From Neocallimastix sp. 'constans' (lineage: Eukaryota), in assembly GCA_050613775.1 (NCBI GenBank), contig JBODTK010000136.1:124001-188000 (forward strand): a DNA stretch of 64,000 bases. The letters are read 5' to 3'. Every line of letters begins with the position of its first letter. The first letter of the stretch is position 1. Below are positions 58,712-64,000 of this stretch, piece by piece. The notes under the pieces were generated by a model, which saw only the letters and a list, made by a program, of their open reading frames with translations, ran no database searches and was not told where the DNA came from. Made by a program: the position numbers and the translations under genes.

Positions 58712-61700
58712 TCATTTTAATAAAACCTCGGTTTGCACTTCATTTTATGGTATTTCTGATCATAAACCTATTATACTTTCTTGCAACAAAGTTCTCTCCG
58801 ATGGCTTTATAAGGCCTGCTAAAGTTTCTAAATGGTCTACACATATTTGTAAAACAAAAATACAGATATTTTATCACATAATTATTTTTCAATCTTAGCA
58901 AATGACCTCGATTCTCATTACAATTCGCTCACGGCTGATGAAATGGTAGAAAAATTTATCAATACAGCAAATAATATCGGGAAGGATATTAAGGCTTTCA
59001 TTCCAACAAATTTAAAGGGCTCTGCTTTTCACTGTCCTTATTACATTAAAAAACTGTCTCATGAAAAACATATTGCATTTCGAAATATTAAGCCTTACTT
59101 TAACTGTGAAAATGTTGAAAATTACCTTGAACAATTTAATAAATATGAAAAACTTTGCAAATTAATCAAGAAAACAAAGAGCAAATTTCGTTCTGCTAGA
59201 TTTAAAGCTAATATAGTAAAAATCGGTAATTATTTTTTGAATAAAGATTTCAAAAATGGATGGAGATGTTTAAAAAAAATGGCTAAACCATCGTATTCAT
59301 CTACCTCCCCTACTTGCATAAAATCTAAATTTGGTCAAGATATTATCTCTCCTACTAAACAATTAGATAGATGGGCTGAATATTATAAAGATCTAGCTTC
59401 TGATCCCTCAGGTCACAGCCTTAATCGTAACTTCTGGATTCATGCTTTAAGGAATATTAGTCTTAGATCCTCTACCTGGAATATCAACGATCCTATTACG
59501 ATTGACGATATTAAAAAAACTATTTCATCTATGAAAAACAACAAAGCACCCGGCCCCGATGGTATCCCGATTGAATTCTACAAAGCTCTGTTTTGCAATG
59601 AAGAATTACTAGAAACACATCCTGCTGCTGGAAAGTGTCTTAAATTGATTTTTAATAAAATATGGAATGGGTCTTTTCCTAAAAAATGGAACTCAGCTTC
59701 TATTGTATCAATCACTAAGAAAGGTGACCTATCAGATTGTAGTAATTATCGAGGTATTTCTCTCATTAATGTTAGACTGAAAATCATTTCAAAAATTATA
59801 ACAGATAGAATATCTACTTACGCACTCTCACACAATTTCATTAGACCTGAACAATTTGGTTTTCGCAACCGTGAAGAATGCATTAGTTTATTCATTTCAA
59901 TTAGAGAAATTTGCCAAAGAAGAAAATTTCAAGGAAAATTCACATATTTAGCCTTTTTAGATCTTAAAAAAGCTTATGATTCAGTTCCTATTTTTAACAT
60001 TCTTACTAAATTATATCGTTATGGAGTACGCGGTAAATGTTTTGATTTTCTATGTAATTTATATACTTCATCTAAAGCTCGTGCTCGATTTGCTTCAATG
60101 TTATCAAATGAATTTCCTATTAAAAGAGGTGTTCGTCAAGGTTGTCCATTATCTCCGATCTTATTCAATTTATTCATCAATGATATATTAAATGACTGTG
60201 AAAAGTATGGAGTTAATATTGGAAGAAAAAAGTGTTGTGGTGGACTCTTTGCTGATGATGTTGTTCTCATTGCTCCAAGTGCAAAAAATTTAGAAAAATT
60301 ACTAAAAAAGGTACATAGATTGGCTAATTTAAATGAAATGACTTTTGGTATTGAAAAATGTGCAACTATGGTTATAAAACCAATGAACTTCCAATCTCCT
60401 CCGAACTATAGTGACCCAACCTTCTATTCAGGAATGAATGCTATTCCTAAAGTTTCTAGTTATATTTATCTTGGTATTCCTTTTTCTGATGATCTCTTAC
60501 TAGAACACATTATATCTCACATGCATTTTAAAGTTAGAAAATCCCTTCTTTCATTTACACATTTCTTCTCAAATAAACTTATCCCTATTGCATACAAGAA
60601 AAAAGTTCTTCAATCCTTTGTTATTAGTAAAGTAATTTATTATTCTCCTTTACTTGGTTCAAACAAATCTAGAACGGCCAGAATTCAAATATTAATTAAT
60701 ACAGGTCTATTTTGGTGTATCGGCTCCTTCTCTAAAAATGGTAAAACAAGTTCAGAAGACAATGACTATATTAGACATAATTTTACTATGAGTACTTATG
60801 CTTTATCTCGAGATCTAAGCATTCCTCCTATTGCTGGTGTCTGCGCAGCCTTACAGATTAAATCTTTTGCAAAATGGAGTTAATCAAACTGTATTATAAA
60901 GGATCTAATTAAATCTATTCCAAAAATGCATCATTATTCCTGGACTAAAGAATCAAGAACACTGTATAAAAAAATCAAAAAATATAAATGTGAAAAATAT
61001 GACGATATTTTAGAACGTTATTGGAAATCAGTTTCCAAATTTCAAGGTATTAAAGGTCAAAATTACGATTGTAATAAGTTCTCAAACAATAAAGCTATAA
61101 TTATGCTTAGCTTAAAATATCCCCAATTCAACTTAGGGTTTTCGTGGATTATACGTTTACGCTGTGGTTATAAATACAATACTACTATTGCTATTAGAAT
61201 GGGTAGAGTTTCAGAAGATTGTCCCAAGTCTTGCCCCTGTTGTGGAGAAGATAAACAATCTTTTGAACATTGGATTTTTAAATGTGATGCTCTTGCATCT
61301 TTTAGATGGAATTCTTTAAATTTCATCGACAATTTCTATGTTTTATTCCTTAGGAAGATTAGAGCGTTTAATCCTCTTTCTTCCTATGACTCTATTTCTA
61401 ATTTTGAAGATTATATCAATAATTATATATATTTGTTCCTTCTTGGTGGGACTTTAGTTTTAAATGAGCTACATTTCGATAGTGGGGAACAGAGACAATT
61501 AAATGAACTACTTTTCAAAGGTTCATCTGAGTCACCTGTTCCAAAAATTGTGGGCTTGGCGGAATTCTTAACAAGTGCAATACCTATCATAAGTAGTTCG
61601 TTTGAGCTATTATTTGATAGGTATTGCAAAATACCAAACTTATCCAAGAACGTCGACGTCGTACTGATAAGGCATAATGATAATACAGGATCGTCATCTA

Positions 61701-62024
61701 TTTCTACGAAGGATGAATCTTGCCCTAGTAGTTCAATAAATGATGAATCCGGGGAGAGTTTAGTGGACACCACACTATCTATTTTAAAGATGTTACTTCT
61801 AGGTTTTATTTCTTTTTTATTTGTTAGGAAGGGAAAAATTCCCGCATAGTACAACTTGCCGAAATACATAGTATTTTCGAACTTTTTTATTTTTTTATTT
61901 TTTAATTTTTTTATTTTTAATTTCAAATGTACTTTTCACCTACATGTATTTTTTAAAATAAAATTAATAAAGTTTTGGAAGTGTATTCTCTTCCCTGTCT
62001 AAAAAAAAAAAAAAAAAAAAAAAA
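58712..62024 (+). mobile_element. Second LINE, 5'-truncated and disrupted
   Basis: 15-bp TSD ATTATTTTGTATATC (58697-58711, 62025-62039), poly(A); frameshift near 58860 and in-frame stop at 60881-60883. Confidence 0.92.
58713..61849 (+). pseudogene. LINE RT ORF split into 58943-60883 and 60926-61849
   Basis: SDHKP end of APE, GPDG, FADD, CPCC..HWIFKC. Confidence 0.9.
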
Positions 62025-62144
62025 ATTATTTTGTATATCATGTAGCTATTGTAAAATGGAAATGTAGGAGATTGATTCACTCCAAAGTTTGTATTTAAGA
62101 CATTATATAATGGAGGGGAATCTTTTTATAATCTTTCCTTAATT

Positions 62145-62900
62145 CCTTCTTACTCTAATATTTTAGAATATGAAAATTTCATAAACAGGTTTTTTATATT
62201 CTTTCTTGGTGGAATTTCAGCTTTAGATGAGCTACAATTCGATACTGGGGAATAGAGACATTTAAGTGAACAACTCTTAAAAAGTTCACAAGGGTCTACT
62301 GTTCCGTATATTGTGGGGTTTGCGGAATATCTTGCTAATTCAATATCAATTATCAGTAGTTCTCTTGAGTAACTTTTAGAGAGGTTTAGCAAAAACACTT
62401 TCATTATCAAGAGTACCGATGTCGTACCGATATGGCAAAGGAATAGTGCAGTTAGAAGTCCTGTTAATTCTCATCAATACACATTTACTAACAGCACAGT
62501 TCCGAACACAGAACTTATAATAAGTAATTCAATTTTTGATGATCTTTCTAGTGGTTCAGGGAAGAGTTTAGTGGATACTACACTATCTATTTCTAAGATG
62601 TTACTTCTTTGTTTTATTATTTTAGATTTAACTGGTGATCATGCTACTACCCATAGTATACATAACACCGAAATTTTTTTTTTCTTACTTTTGAACTTAT
62701 TTTTATTCTTTGTTATTTTTTTTTTATGATTAATTAAAAAAAAATTTTTTTTATTTATTTATTTAATCTTTTACATACTTTTTTTTTTTAACTTTAAATT
62801 ATAAAATGTATTTTTTTATAAAATGTAATACATAAAAATATTTTAATCTATTTAATAAAGCACATGAAGTGTATTCTCTTCCTAGTTTAGAAAAAAAAAA
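62145..62900 (+). mobile_element. Degenerate 3' fragment of a LINE related to the second LINE
   Basis: Homologous to 61380-62000, including AAGTGTATTCTCTTCC before poly(A). Confidence 0.8.
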
Positions 62901-62918
62901 GATTAATAAAGAATAATG

Positions 62919-63672
62919 GAGCGCCAACGCTGAAAATTCAGTAAGACAGGCTAGCAGGGCCAATACCTCAAAGGAGAAGAACATAATTTCTTTTAGATAG
63001 TCAATTCAAACCCCAATCCATAAGAAGTTAGGTTCGTTGCTTAGGAACTTTTTTCTGAATTAATTTATACACTTTATTTTGAATATTACTTTTTATTTCA
63101 CGTTTTTACTTATCTTGCTTTTCTTGATCTTAAAAAAGTCTATGATTTAGTACCTATCTTTAATATTTTGACCAAATTATATAACTTAGGAATTAGAGGT
63201 AAATGTCAGCTATTTTTAAGGAACTTTATCTATCCTCTAAAGCTCGTGCTTTTTTTAATGTTATATCTCAGAAGAATTTTCGATTAATCGTGGTGTTAGA
63301 CAAGGATGCCCTCTCTCTCCTATTTTATTTAATTTGTTCATTAATGATATACTGGATAATTGTGATAAGTATGGTGTAAATTTTGATTCTCAATATTGTT
63401 GGAGCGGACTTTTTGCCGATGATATTGCTTTAGCTGCTCCATCTAAACAAGCTCTTAAGAAAATTTTGAATAAAGTTCATAAATGGGCAATTAAAAATAA
63501 AATGACTTTTGGGATTAATAAGTGTGCTACTCTTGTTGTAAAACCGCTTAACTTTGTTAAAACGATAAATTTCGAAGATCCATCTTTCTTTATTGGTAGT
63601 AACAAATTACCTAAAACTGATAACTATACCTATTTTGGTATTCCTTTTGATGAATCTTTATCATTGATATGA
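62919..63672 (+). mobile_element. Scrambled LINE fragments (3' end of first-LINE type, then degenerate RT)
   Basis: 62919-62990 resembles 57752-57820; YLAFLDLKK, GVRQGCPLSP, FADD with frameshifts. Confidence 0.8.
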
Positions 63673-63782
63673 ATAAATATATTATTAATAATATTTTAAT
63701 ATTTTGAAAAATTTTTTTATTTTTCATTATATTCCATTCAACATTATATCCATTATATCTCTATATATATTGGATATAGCCA

Positions 63783-63842
63783 AATAATAATAATAAAATA
63801 ATAATAATAATAATAATAATAAAATAATAATAATAATAATAA

Positions 63843-63873
<31 letters not shown>

Positions 63874-64000
63874 TAATAATAATAATAATAATAAAATAAT
63901 AATAATAATAATAATAAAATAATAATAATAATAATAAAATAATAATAATAATAATAATAAAATAATAATAATAATAATAATAAAATAATAATAATAATAA
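63783..64000. repeat. (AAT)n microsatellite
   Basis: Interrupted AAT repeats to the window end. Confidence 0.95.

Noticed and set aside
63783..64000. Telomeric repeat
   Set aside because: Irregular AAT microsatellite like others in the window; no G-rich unit

Overview
Extremely AT-rich eukaryotic DNA with spliceosomal introns and poly-Asn tracts, most consistent with an anaerobic gut fungus (Neocallimastigomycota; inference). Positions 1-37994 are a nest of LTR retrotransposons. Ty3/Gypsy elements of one chromodomain-less clade (here A, B, C, D, a solo A-type LTR, and G) are stacked end to end. A, B, C, D and the solo LTR are joined terminus to terminus through shared 3-4 bp spacers (TTG, ATTG, ATTG, ACTG, ACTG), which suggests repeated integration at pre-existing LTR ends or at one fixed site. 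A Tf1-like self-priming chromovirus (E) sits in D's 5' LTR. The whole stack interrupts the integrase of a Copia element whose PBS matches the anticodon arm of tRNA-Lys(CUU). The Gypsy clade shares cis-RNA features: a ~220-240 nt leader structure with compensatory changes, GU-bulged hairpin arrays and a -1 frameshift signal. Positions 38-53 kb hold a MITE-like element, a Copia gag relic and three host genes (an F-BAR/SH3 Hof1/Cdc15-like gene, a six-exon NSE1 missed by the ORF track, and RPL21), followed by five consecutive DNA palindromes. Positions 54-64 kb are a cluster of RTE-like LINEs. All comparisons were made by eye; no alignments, folding or database searches were run.
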